From positions 50,675 through 114,674 of the forward strand of contig JBMFKU010000001.1 in NCBI GenBank assembly GCA_049971805.1: 64,000 nt of DNA, in the 5' to 3' direction. Shown here piece by piece: positions 28,354 to 39,021 of this stretch (position 1 is its first letter; every line of letters starts with the position of its first letter). This DNA is from Caldisphaera sp. GTDB lineage: Archaea > Thermoproteota > Thermoprotei_A > Sulfolobales > Acidilobaceae. Below the pieces are notes generated by a model. That model was not told the origin of the DNA. It did no database searches and saw only the letters and a program-made list of their open reading frames with translations. A program made the position numbers and the translations under genes.

Positions 28354-29619
28354 TTATGCTTGTTTTATATAATCCACCAGTACATCAGTATATTCACTTG
28401 TTGATATAGGTGTAACACCAGGCATTTCTCTTGCTAGGTCATAAGTGACGTGTTTATTCTTTATTGCTTTAACAATGGCATCTTCAATATATAGTTTAAC
28501 TTCTCTCCATCCAACGTAATCTCCTATCAATACGGCAGCGCTTAATATTTCTGCTGTTGGGTTTGTAACATTTTTGCCAGTATATTTTGGAGCACTTCCA
28601 TGGACTGGTTCTGCGACTGCAACACCATCTCCCATATCTAATCCAGCAGCCATTCCAATACCTCCTACCAACGCATTTGCCTCATCACTGATGTAATCTC
28701 CATTTAAGTTTGGAGATACTATGATATTGTATTCTCCTGGTCTTGTTATTATTTGTTGTAGCATGTTGTCTGCAATTCTATCATTTACTACTATCTTGTT
28801 TTCTGGCGTCTTTCCAGCATACTTTGTATTAACTTCGTCCTCTGTAACTATATAATCCCTAAATTCGTTTAATGCTACCTCATATGCCCATTCTCTAAAA
28901 GCCCCTTCAGTGTATTTCTGTATGTTTCCTTTATGCTGTATTGTGACACGTTTAATATTATTTCTAACTGCCCATTCCAATGCCCTTCTCATAAGCCTTT
29001 GTGTACCAAATTTTGATATTGGTTTGATTCCAATTCCAGCATCAGGCCTTAGTTCTATCTTTAATTCCTTTTTGAAGAAATCTCTAATTTTATTGGCTTC
29101 TGAGGAATTCCATGGAAATTCTATACCCATATAAACGTCTTCAGTATTTTCTCTAAATATAACCCAATTTATTCTGTCTGGATGACAATGAGGAGAGGGT
29201 TGACCATACCATTTAACTGGTCTTATGTTTGCATATAAATCTAAAATAATTCTTAATGAGACATTTAAGCTTCTAAATCCACTACCAACAGGTGTTGTTA
29301 GCGGTCCCTTGAGATTTATTCTTGATCTCTTAAATGCCTCTAGAGTTGCTTCAGGCAAAAGATTTCCGCACTCTTTTTGTGCCTCTTCACCAGCTGCTAC
29401 TTGCCACCAAAAGATTTTTCTATTTGAGCCATAAGCTTTTTGAACTGCTGCATCAACAACTTTGATTGCACTATTTACAATTTCAGGACCAATACCATCC
29501 CCTTTAAAGTAAGCTACTATTGGAGTATCAGGTACAATCAATTTACCATTTTCATACTTTGCAAATTTTCCCTCTGATGGAGGTTTTAATTCATCAATTG
29601 AACACGGAATTTTTCCCAA
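28354..29619 (-). CDS. icd: NADP-dependent isocitrate dehydrogenase
   Basis: GDGIGPEI, KGPLTTPVGSGFRSLNV, RENTEDVY, HKGNIQKYTEG, PNLNGDYISD, EPVHGSAPKY. Confidence 0.97.
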   Translation of the reverse strand: MGKIPCSIDELKPPSEGKFAKYENGKLIVPDTPIVAYFKGDGIGPEIVNSAIKVVDAAVQKAYGSNRKIFWWQVAAGEEAQKECGNLLPEATLEAFKRSRINLKGPLTTPVGSGFRSLNVSLRIILDLYANIRPVKWYGQPSPHCHPDRINWVIFRENTEDVYMGIEFPWNSSEANKIRDFFKKELKIELRPDAGIGIKPISKFGTQRLMRRALEWAVRNNIKRVTIQHKGNIQKYTEGAFREWAYEVALNEFRDYIVTEDEVNTKYAGKTPENKIVVNDRIADNMLQQIITRPGEYNIIVSPNLNGDYISDEANALVGGIGMAAGLDMGDGVAVAEPVHGSAPKYTGKNVTNPTAEILSAAVLIGDYVGWREVKLYIEDAIVKAIKNKHVTYDLAREMPGVTPISTSEYTDVLVDYIKQA

Positions 29620-29764
29620 CTACTCTCACCTATATAAATTTGCATATGTATAGGGTATAAATTCATTATCATTTAGTAAATTATAAAGATGTTATAAATA
29701 AATTATAATAAAATATTTTTAATTTGAATTTAAAAACTGATTGATAAAAAATAACAAATCTTAT

Positions 29765-30877
29765 TTAGTGTGGAGATATTGAAAGAAATGACTTGAAGTT
29801 ATTTAGATATGGTTTCTTAACAATGCCTTTTTCTGTCATGATCCCCTCTATTAGTTCTGGCGGAGTTATATCGAATGCAGGATTATATGCTTCAGTTCCT
29901 TCAGCTGCTATTCTTAATTGACCCATAATATTAGTTACTTCATCATCTGATCTCTCTTCTATAATAATTTCTTCTGGATTTTCTATCGGCTGAACAGTGC
30001 TTAATGGAGCTGCAACATAGAATGGTTTATTGCTATAGTTTGCTGCCAAAGCTAAGTTAAAAGTACCAATTTTATTTGCAACATATCCAGTTAATGTTAT
30101 CCTATCTGCTCCAACTATTGCCATATTTGCCATGTTTTTCTTAAATAATAGACCTGAGGCACCGTCTACTATTAGAGTTGAAGGAATGCCCTCTTTTTTA
30201 AGTTCCCAAATGGTTAATCTGGCTCCTTGTAGCAATGGTCTTGTCTCATCTGCATAAACGTGCACACTTTTACCTTCATAATAAGCATATCTTATTACTC
30301 CCAATGCAGTTCCAAAACCAGCTGTTGCCAAAGCACCAGTATTGCAATGAGTAATTATCTTAGAATTATTATCTATTACTTTGGATCCCAATCTTCCCAT
30401 CTCTACGTTATTTTTAACATCTTCAATATAAATTTTGTGTGCCTCACTCAAAACTGCATTTTTAATCTCTTCTGTGTCATTTTTTTCACTTTCTTTTAAT
30501 ATTACATTCCAAATTCTATTTAAAGCCCAAAATAAATTATATGCTGTTGGTCTTGTGGAAGAGAGCACATTGTATGCTTCCTTAGAATTTTTTATCAATT
30601 CGCTTATATTATTTGATTTGTCATATAAAACAGATAATGCCAATCCATAAGCTGCTGAAACTCCTATGGCTGGGGCTCCTCTTATTTCCATTTCTTTGAT
30701 TGCTATCGCAACTCTTCTATAATCTTTCGTATTTCTATAAATTTCTTTCCATGGTATTAATCTAGTGTCTATCCAATAAAATTCATTTTTATCAAAGTCC
30801 CAATAAAGGGGTTTAATTTTTAGATATGGTTTAAGCCTGTCTAACTCCTTTCTTATATCATTCAATGTATTCACCAA
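29765..30877 (-). CDS. mtnA: S-methyl-5-thioribose-1-phosphate isomerase
   Basis: IRGAPAIG, STRPTAYNL, THCNTGALATAGFGTALG, DETRPLLQGARLT, NKIGT, NPAFDITP. Confidence 0.92.
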   Translation of the reverse strand: MVNTLNDIRKELDRLKPYLKIKPLYWDFDKNEFYWIDTRLIPWKEIYRNTKDYRRVAIAIKEMEIRGAPAIGVSAAYGLALSVLYDKSNNISELIKNSKEAYNVLSSTRPTAYNLFWALNRIWNVILKESEKNDTEEIKNAVLSEAHKIYIEDVKNNVEMGRLGSKVIDNNSKIITHCNTGALATAGFGTALGVIRYAYYEGKSVHVYADETRPLLQGARLTIWELKKEGIPSTLIVDGASGLLFKKNMANMAIVGADRITLTGYVANKIGTFNLALAANYSNKPFYVAAPLSTVQPIENPEEIIIEERSDDEVTNIMGQLRIAAEGTEAYNPAFDITPPELIEGIMTEKGIVKKPYLNNFKSFLSISPH

Positions 30878-30972
30878 ATTCTTAGTTTGGGGATAAAGTA
30901 AAATGTGTTTATCTTAGAATTATATTAAGCGAAAAGAGGAAAAATATTTTAATAAAAAACTGTATTTCTTAA

Positions 30973-31482
30973 TTGGTGCTTAAATTGGGAATAAAAGATG
31001 ACATAATAAAATGGCTGAAGGAAGAAGATTTAGATATATCAGAAATTCCAATACCAAAGGAAGCTCCAATAGAATGGGCTATTAATGCTATGAGTAAGAT
31101 TCCAATGAAGGTTTCGATATCCGTTCAAAAACCAAAGGGGAGAACAGAAAAATATGCATGTACAATGGGAGTTAAGGTAGCCGATGAACACAAGGAAAAA
31201 TTATCTCATTTGTCTGAGCAGGATAAGGCTAATATGATAGGCGAGCTATTAAGGAGCCTATATTATATGTGCTCTTCATGTATTATAATATTTCAGCCTG
31301 ATTTGTCTATGCCAGATAATATAATTGTTACTAAAGTTATTTATGGAGAAAAATTGTCTCAAAGTGAATTAACGGATTCCATAAGATTATTAACAAATAC
31401 GTATACTTTGATAGCAACATATTTTAATATTAAGCTAGGCGGATCGTTTAAACAAGGTGGGCAGACTGTAATGCATATGTGA
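30973..31482 (+). CDS. DUF2299-like conserved archaeal protein
   Basis: IIKWLKEE start and overall pattern; recalled family resemblance only. Confidence 0.5.
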   Translation: MVLKLGIKDDIIKWLKEEDLDISEIPIPKEAPIEWAINAMSKIPMKVSISVQKPKGRTEKYACTMGVKVADEHKEKLSHLSEQDKANMIGELLRSLYYMCSSCIIIFQPDLSMPDNIIVTKVIYGEKLSQSELTDSIRLLTNTYTLIATYFNIKLGGSFKQGGQTVMHM

Positions 31483-31492
31483 GGTTATAAGG

Positions 31493-31963
31493 TTGGTTGA
31501 TTTATATCCTGTGGGAATATTAGCGAAATCTAAGTGTTTTTATATAGCTGGACCAATTATTAATGCTCCTTGGCCACCAGATAATGATGTTAAGTATGTA
31601 ATAAATGATATAACTGATAGCATGAAAGAATGGAATCCATCAAATTACAACTTAGATATTATTAAAAAAGTTATTTGGTATTCTACAGTTTATGGAGGTC
31701 TAATATTGATGTATTCTTGCGAACCATTAATTCCGATGAGTAGGGTTATAATAAATATCGGTTTAGATATAGAAAAGTATGATAAGAAAGAAATTAAGGA
31801 ATTTGATGATAATATTGTGTTAAAAGCGTGGGCTTTAATATTAAATGGAAATGAAAAAGAAGGCCTGGAATTAATAAGTGGAAAGATGTTTTTCCCCAAT
31901 GATTTTGTATGGAAACCTGGAAATAACTATAGCATAGCAGTTAGAGGTATTAAGTATTTATAA
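31493..31963 (+). CDS. Hypothetical protein
   Basis: 156-aa ORF with GAGGT RBS, co-oriented with the upstream gene. Confidence 0.6.
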   Translation: MVDLYPVGILAKSKCFYIAGPIINAPWPPDNDVKYVINDITDSMKEWNPSNYNLDIIKKVIWYSTVYGGLILMYSCEPLIPMSRVIINIGLDIEKYDKKEIKEFDDNIVLKAWALILNGNEKEGLELISGKMFFPNDFVWKPGNNYSIAVRGIKYL

Positions 31964-32108
31964 AAAATTATCTTATCATATTAATAAAAAATATAGCTTG
32001 ATAATTTATAGTATTAATAAATGTTATTAGTTTTTTCTTAATTTCTTATTTTTATGAGATTAGAAAAACTTATTTTCTTTTCATTTTTTTATTTAATGGG
32101 GATAAGTT

Positions 32109-32990
32109 TTGGTGTATGAAAGAGACTTTATAGGTTATTCAAATAATTACCCAGACTTTAAATGGCCCAATGGAAAGAGACTAGCGGTTAATCTAGTTTT
32201 TAATTATGAATGTGGTTCTGAGCATTCATACAATGTTGATGGAATAGTTGAATTAATAGGTGAATTTCCGCCAACTGATATTAAGGGTAGAGATATTGGC
32301 TTGGAAAGTGTTTATGAATACGGAACTAGGGCTGCTATTTGGAGAATATTAAAAGTTTTAAAGGATAATGATGTAAAGGCCTCATTCTTCTCGGTAGCCC
32401 ATACACTAGAATTAAATCCATTAGCAGCTAAAGCGATTGTTGACCAAGGTCATGAAATAGTTGATCATGGCTTAAGATGGTTTGAAAATTATAGGTTAAG
32501 CTATGATGAAGAAAAAAGGCAAATAGAAAAATCTATTGAAATAATTAAAAATTTAACTGGTGTGAAGCCTTTAGGTTTCTATGCTAGAGAACCAAGTGAA
32601 AATACAATTGATATAATAAAGGAATTAGGATTTTTATATGATTCAGATGCATATAATGATGATTTGCCATACTATTATAAAAATGGACTTCTAATAATAC
32701 CGTATACTCCAGATATAAATGACTTTCATTTTTTGTTTCCCATGAATAGATTTTCTACGGCTGAAGAATTCTTTTCTTATGTGAAGGATTCTTTTGATCA
32801 ACTATATGAGGAATCAAAATATGAAACTAAAATGATGAGTGTTGGTATGCATGTAAGAATTACTGGTAGACCTGGCAGAATTAAGGCACTGCAAGAATTT
32901 ATAAGATATTTGAAATCTCATGATGTATGGATAGCTAAAAGAGAAGAGATAGCCAAATTCTGGATAGAGAACTTTAAGAAAAGTCCATAA
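32109..32990 (+). CDS. Polysaccharide deacetylase family, allantoinase PuuE-like
   Basis: RDFIGY...WPNGKRLAVNLVFNYE, ESVYEYGTR, HEIVDHG, YDSDAYNDDLPY, GMHVRITGRPGR. Confidence 0.88.
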   Translation: MVYERDFIGYSNNYPDFKWPNGKRLAVNLVFNYECGSEHSYNVDGIVELIGEFPPTDIKGRDIGLESVYEYGTRAAIWRILKVLKDNDVKASFFSVAHTLELNPLAAKAIVDQGHEIVDHGLRWFENYRLSYDEEKRQIEKSIEIIKNLTGVKPLGFYAREPSENTIDIIKELGFLYDSDAYNDDLPYYYKNGLLIIPYTPDINDFHFLFPMNRFSTAEEFFSYVKDSFDQLYEESKYETKMMSVGMHVRITGRPGRIKALQEFIRYLKSHDVWIAKREEIAKFWIENFKKSP

Positions 32991-32992
32991 TT

Positions 32993-33328
32993 TTAAATTA
33001 AGTGGTTTTTAGTATATTCTTTTAATTTATTAAAAAATTCTTCTAATGGCATGCTTGTTTTCATTAAAATCTCTTTACCATCGCATAAACTAATAAATAG
33101 ACTTCCCTTGTTTATGTTCAAACTTATGTATAACCCTCCTCTTGGTTTTCGTGACAATTCAACACCCATATCTAGTTCATACATATAATTTTTTAATAAG
33201 CTCCACGTGTGGTTATCAATAAATATTGGGATATCTTCATTTTCTTTAAACATTATATTTAAAATATTATCATAATCAATCTGTTGAGAATATAAACTTT
33301 TATATATTTGATCTATCTCATCCATCAT
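32993..33328 (-). CDS. Hypothetical protein
   Basis: 111-aa ORF with GTGA RBS; no motif recognised. Confidence 0.55.
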   Translation of the reverse strand: MMDEIDQIYKSLYSQQIDYDNILNIMFKENEDIPIFIDNHTWSLLKNYMYELDMGVELSRKPRGGLYISLNINKGSLFISLCDGKEILMKTSMPLEEFFNKLKEYTKNHLI

Positions 33329-33567
33329 TTATTCACTTCTTTTATTTTAAACTTTTCCTCCTAAATTTTGTTTAACTTAGTATTACTATGCTTACTAATG
33401 TTAAACTAATATAAAAGCTTTTAATTAACATTTAAACAATATGCATAATATGTTAATTAAATTGCAAAAAAGCATAAAATTTCTTAAATAATATTTATAT
33501 TTTGTTTATGATTTAAAGTTATACAAATCTATAAGGTCGGAAATACAAATTATACAAGGTGTAAGAT

Positions 33568-33888
33568 ATGCCTTGTTCAATTGACGTTGATGATATAAGT
33601 GACTTAGATGAAATTTCAAATGAAATATTAGACCTAGAGGATGATTTAGATACTATAACAGATACGCTGGGTGAATATAAGGAAGATTCTTTAGAAAAAT
33701 TCATTGATGCATTGATGTCAGAAGGTATAAACATAGAATGTCTTTCAAATGACGATAATGAGGAAAGAACTTGCAAATATAAGTTTAATAGTGAATTAAT
33801 AGATGCAGATGTATTAATAACAATTATTATTGAGGAAAATAGGATAAAAAGTTATGAAATAGAAAAAATTAAGATAACCCCTAAGTAA
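33568..33888 (+). CDS. Highly acidic hypothetical protein
   Basis: 106-aa ORF with GGTGT RBS; Asp/Glu-rich N-terminal half. Confidence 0.65.
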   Translation: MPCSIDVDDISDLDEISNEILDLEDDLDTITDTLGEYKEDSLEKFIDALMSEGINIECLSNDDNEERTCKYKFNSELIDADVLITIIIEENRIKSYEIEKIKITPK

Positions 33889-33967
33889 TTTTTTATATAT
33901 GCTTAGGTTCCCAAAATCTGTATCTTTATAACTTCTATTTGATACAAAGGAAATGGTGTAAGCATAG

Positions 33968-34294
33968 GTGAATCAATTGAGTTCAAAACGAGATCCCAGA
34001 TCTTTTGCGTTATTATTGGTTGAGGCCAGCAGTTTATTAACGCAAGCAGCAAACTATTTAAACGGAATGATAGATAAAGATAACTCCGATAATTTGGTAG
34101 TTATTAGGGCATCACTAAAAGGTCTATCATTACAAATAAGCAATTTGAGTAAAAGTGGATGTAATATGATAGAGCTGCAAAAAATAATAAATAGGGCTGA
34201 TAAGTTAATGAATCAGATACCACCTATTCCAAGGGTGATGCAAAATGCAATTTTGGCTAAGGAAAACTTGATAAAAGCTATGGCATATTGTTAG
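33968..34294 (+). CDS. Hypothetical helical protein
   Basis: 108-aa ORF; no motif recognised. Confidence 0.55.
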   Translation: MNQLSSKRDPRSFALLLVEASSLLTQAANYLNGMIDKDNSDNLVVIRASLKGLSLQISNLSKSGCNMIELQKIINRADKLMNQIPPIPRVMQNAILAKENLIKAMAYC

Positions 34295-34399
34295 TATTTA
34301 ATAAAAATGATAAAATATATTATATATCTTTAATATAATTTATTATTCTAATATATAGTATGTTTATCAGATAAAATATTTATAACTTAGCTTATCAAT

Positions 34400-35638
34400 A
34401 TGCATTGGGGAACGTTAATGTTAATAGAGAAAGTTATACAAAACATGTTTAATAATTATAATTGGAAATTAAAAGAGGTAGACAGTTTTAATCCTCCTTA
34501 TTATGATAGGAAATTAGCATTATATATACACGTTCCATTTTGTACGTCTCTTTGTCCGTTCTGTATATTTCATAGCATCTTATACAAACCGAGTCTAAAA
34601 AAAGGTTATTTTGATGCGCTCAAAAAAGAATTAGAGAAATATATATCAATGGGCTTTAATTTTTCTACTATATATATTGGTGGAGGTACGCCAACATTAG
34701 CTACAGAAGAAGTGTGCGATTTATTGGATTACATAAAGGAGTACAATAAAATTGATGATATTTCTATCGAGGCTTCACCTTATGATATTAATGATGAAAA
34801 AGTTTCGGAGCTTGAAAAAACAGGCATAACAAGGTTATCATTAGGTGTTGAATCTTTTGTACCTGTTATACAAAGAAAAATAGGAAGACAACAAGTTAAC
34901 ACTGAGGAATTATTGGAAAAGATAGATATAGCTTCAAAGATACCAACGTTAAATGTTGATATTCTTTTCAATATACCAGGTCAAAAAAAAGAAGATTTAG
35001 TTAATGAAATTGATATTGTTAAAAAAAGCAAGGCTAATCAAATAACCTTTTATCCAATTATGCCATCAATAAGACAAGCTCCTAAGGAATTTATGTATCC
35101 TGATGAAAAAAATGAAAAAATGTTATATAATGTGTTAACTAATCAATTTTCAGATAGCGATTATTATCAATCTACAGCGTGGACCTTTTCTAAAAATCAA
35201 GGCTCAATAGTTGATGAATATATAATAGATAACGATGATTTCATAGGAGTTGGCACTGGCGCTATGAGCCATCTATCGCAATACTATTATGCAAATTCAT
35301 TTAGTTTAGAAAAATATGAAAAAATGATTAATAATGGTAAATTTTCCATTTCATTATTAAGAGAATTAAATCTTAAAGATCAAATTTATATATATTTAAT
35401 TTATAGGTTGTATTCTTTAAAAATTAATAAAAAAGAATTTGAAACTAAGTTTAACCATGATATATATCATTATCTTAGAAGTGAAATTAATCTATTAAGC
35501 TTCTTAGGTATAATAAAAGATGATGGTAATTACTTTAAGGTTACAAATAATGGAAAGTACTATTCTAATTTGTTTATGAAATATTTATATATTAATATTT
35601 CAAATATAAGAAAGTATGCAATTCAAAATAAGATATGA
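34400..35638 (+). CDS. HemN-like class C radical SAM protein, MqnK/MenK-like menaquinone methyltransferase
   Basis: YIHVPFCTSLCPFC radical SAM motif, GGGTP, QITFYPIM (QxTxYPLM-like), STAWTFS, DEYII. No HemW HNxxYW motif. Confidence 0.7.
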   Translation: MHWGTLMLIEKVIQNMFNNYNWKLKEVDSFNPPYYDRKLALYIHVPFCTSLCPFCIFHSILYKPSLKKGYFDALKKELEKYISMGFNFSTIYIGGGTPTLATEEVCDLLDYIKEYNKIDDISIEASPYDINDEKVSELEKTGITRLSLGVESFVPVIQRKIGRQQVNTEELLEKIDIASKIPTLNVDILFNIPGQKKEDLVNEIDIVKKSKANQITFYPIMPSIRQAPKEFMYPDEKNEKMLYNVLTNQFSDSDYYQSTAWTFSKNQGSIVDEYIIDNDDFIGVGTGAMSHLSQYYYANSFSLEKYEKMINNGKFSISLLRELNLKDQIYIYLIYRLYSLKINKKEFETKFNHDIYHYLRSEINLLSFLGIIKDDGNYFKVTNNGKYYSNLFMKYLYINISNIRKYAIQNKI

Positions 35639-35807
35639 CATTAAATTTAATTACATTATGTAAATAAAAATTAAAAATTTAACATTTTAGTTAAAATATA
35701 AAAATTTATGTAGATGTTTTAGACTAGGTAAAAAGAAATATTTAAAAGGCAGAAACAATAAAAAAATATTAGTAATTTAGGTGGGGTAGATGCAAAGCCA
35801 AATTTAA

Positions 35808-35898
35808 ATTTAGTTGGTCATAATTTTATCACTCATTTAGTTGGTCATAATTTTATCACTCATTTAGTTGGTCATAATTTTATCACTCATTTAGTTGG
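35808..35898. repeat. Perfect 27-bp tandem repeat, three copies plus partial fourth, in the ilvB leader
   Basis: ATTTAGTTGGTCATAATTTTATCACTC at 35808, 35835 and 35862, partial at 35889; no spacers. Confidence 0.97.
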
Positions 35899-35919
35899 GG
35901 TGATTTCATTATGACAAAT
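35867..35919 (+). promoter_or_regulatory. Predicted RBS/start-codon-sequestering hairpin of ilvB
   Basis: ATCACTC (35882-88) pairs with GGGTGAT (35898-904), and GTCATAAT (35871-78) pairs with ATTATGAC (35908-15), separated by a 3x3 pyrimidine internal loop. Confidence 0.65.
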
Positions 35920-37609
35920 GGATCATCATTGGTTGTTCAATCATTAAAAAAAGAAGGAGTAAAAACAATATTTGGAATACCAGGACTGTCAAATATGCCA
36001 ATATATGATGCGCTCTATGATTATGTTAATTCTGGCGAAATAAGGCAAATATTAATGAAACATGAGCAGGCAGCAGCACATGCAGCCGATGGTTTTTCAA
36101 GAGCATCTGGATTTCCAGGCGTTTGTACTGCTACATCAGGTCCAGGCGCAATAAATTTAGCAACAGGACTAATAACTGCATACTGGGATAGCTCTCCTCT
36201 AATAGCAATTACTGGGCAGGTCCCTAGAAACTCTATGGGAAAAATGGCGTTTCAAGAGGCAGATGTTATGGGTGTTATGGAAAATATAACTAAATATATA
36301 GTAAAAATCAAAAATATAAAAGAAATACCGATTTGGATTAAAAATTCATTTTATATATCAATGACTGGAAGAAAAGGGCCTGTTGTAATAGATATTCCAA
36401 GGGATATATTGCAAGAAAGTATTGATGATATAGAATGGCCAGAAAAACCAAGTGTCAAAGGTTATAAAGAATTTATAACAGAAGTTGATTTAGAAAAAAT
36501 CAAGAAAGTAGCGAAGATGTTGCTTGAGGCTGAAAGACCAATAATTGTTGTAGGTACTGGGGTTATGTATTCAAACGCCTATAATCAAGTATTAAACTTA
36601 TCAGAGCAATTACTTGTTCCAATAGTTTCAACTCTTCCTGGAAAAGCCTCAATACCTAATGATTTTCCACTTTACTTTGGTGTAATAGGCTATTATGGCA
36701 GGGCTGAAGCCAATAGGGCTCTGCTCGAGTCAGACTTTATGTTAATATTAGGCTCCAGAATTAGCGATAGATCATTTACATCACTTGACGAAATTACAGA
36801 AACCAAAAAGAAGATAGTTATGGTAAACTTAGATCCTGTAGATAATGAAAAATATAACATAGCAAGCTTAACATTAAATGGTGATATAAAAATAATTTTA
36901 AATCAAATAATCGATGCCATTAGTAAAATCAAATTAGAAAAGAAAGATAAGAATTTATGGATTAAAAATATAACTGAATGGAAAGATGAATATTCTAAGT
37001 ATTATTATATAGAAGATAAGAATTACATGAAACCATGGAAGATATTAAAAACTATAAGAGAAGTCTTGCCTAGGGATGCAATTGTTACAACAGGTGTTGG
37101 AGAGCATCAAATGTTTGCAGAAGTCTTTTGGGATGTACTTGAACCAAGGACATTCTTTACTTCGTCAGGTATGGGTACAATGGGTTTTGGATTTCCAGCA
37201 GCTATGGGAGCTAAAGTAGCGAGACCTGATAAGATAGTCGTCAATCTAGACGGTGATGGCTCTTTTTTAATGACAGGCAATAATTTGGCAACTGCGGTTG
37301 ATGAAAATATACCTGTTATCTCAGTAATATTTGATAATAGAACTCTAGGTTTGGTAAGACAAGTTCAAGATCTATTTTTTGGAAAAAGAATAGTAGGGGT
37401 TGATTTCGGTATGTCTCCGGATTTTGTTAAATATGCAGAGTCTTTTGGGGCTATTGGATATAATGCAGAATCATATGAAGGTTTAGAAAAATCATTAAAA
37501 GATGCAATCAAAAGCAATATGCCTTCAGTAATAAGAGTACCGATTAATAGGGAAGAATTAGCTTTACCAACGTTACCTCCTGGAGGTAAATTAAAGCAGG
37601 TGATATTAA

Positions 37610-37623
<14 letters not shown>
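35911..37623 (+). CDS. ilvB: Acetolactate synthase large subunit
   Basis: FGIPG, KHEQAAAHAADG, ATSGPGAINL, ITGQV, AFQEAD, TGVGEHQM, GMGTMGFG, DGDGSFLM...N TPP motif. Confidence 0.95.
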
Positions 37624-38978
<1,355 letters not shown>

Positions 38979-39021
38979 ATCCAAAAAGGCAAAATTTTTT
39001 AAGTCAAATATAATTTATATC

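Noticed and set aside
35808-35898. 27-bp repeats as a CRISPR array
   Set aside because: The units are directly contiguous with no spacers, and no cas genes are present.
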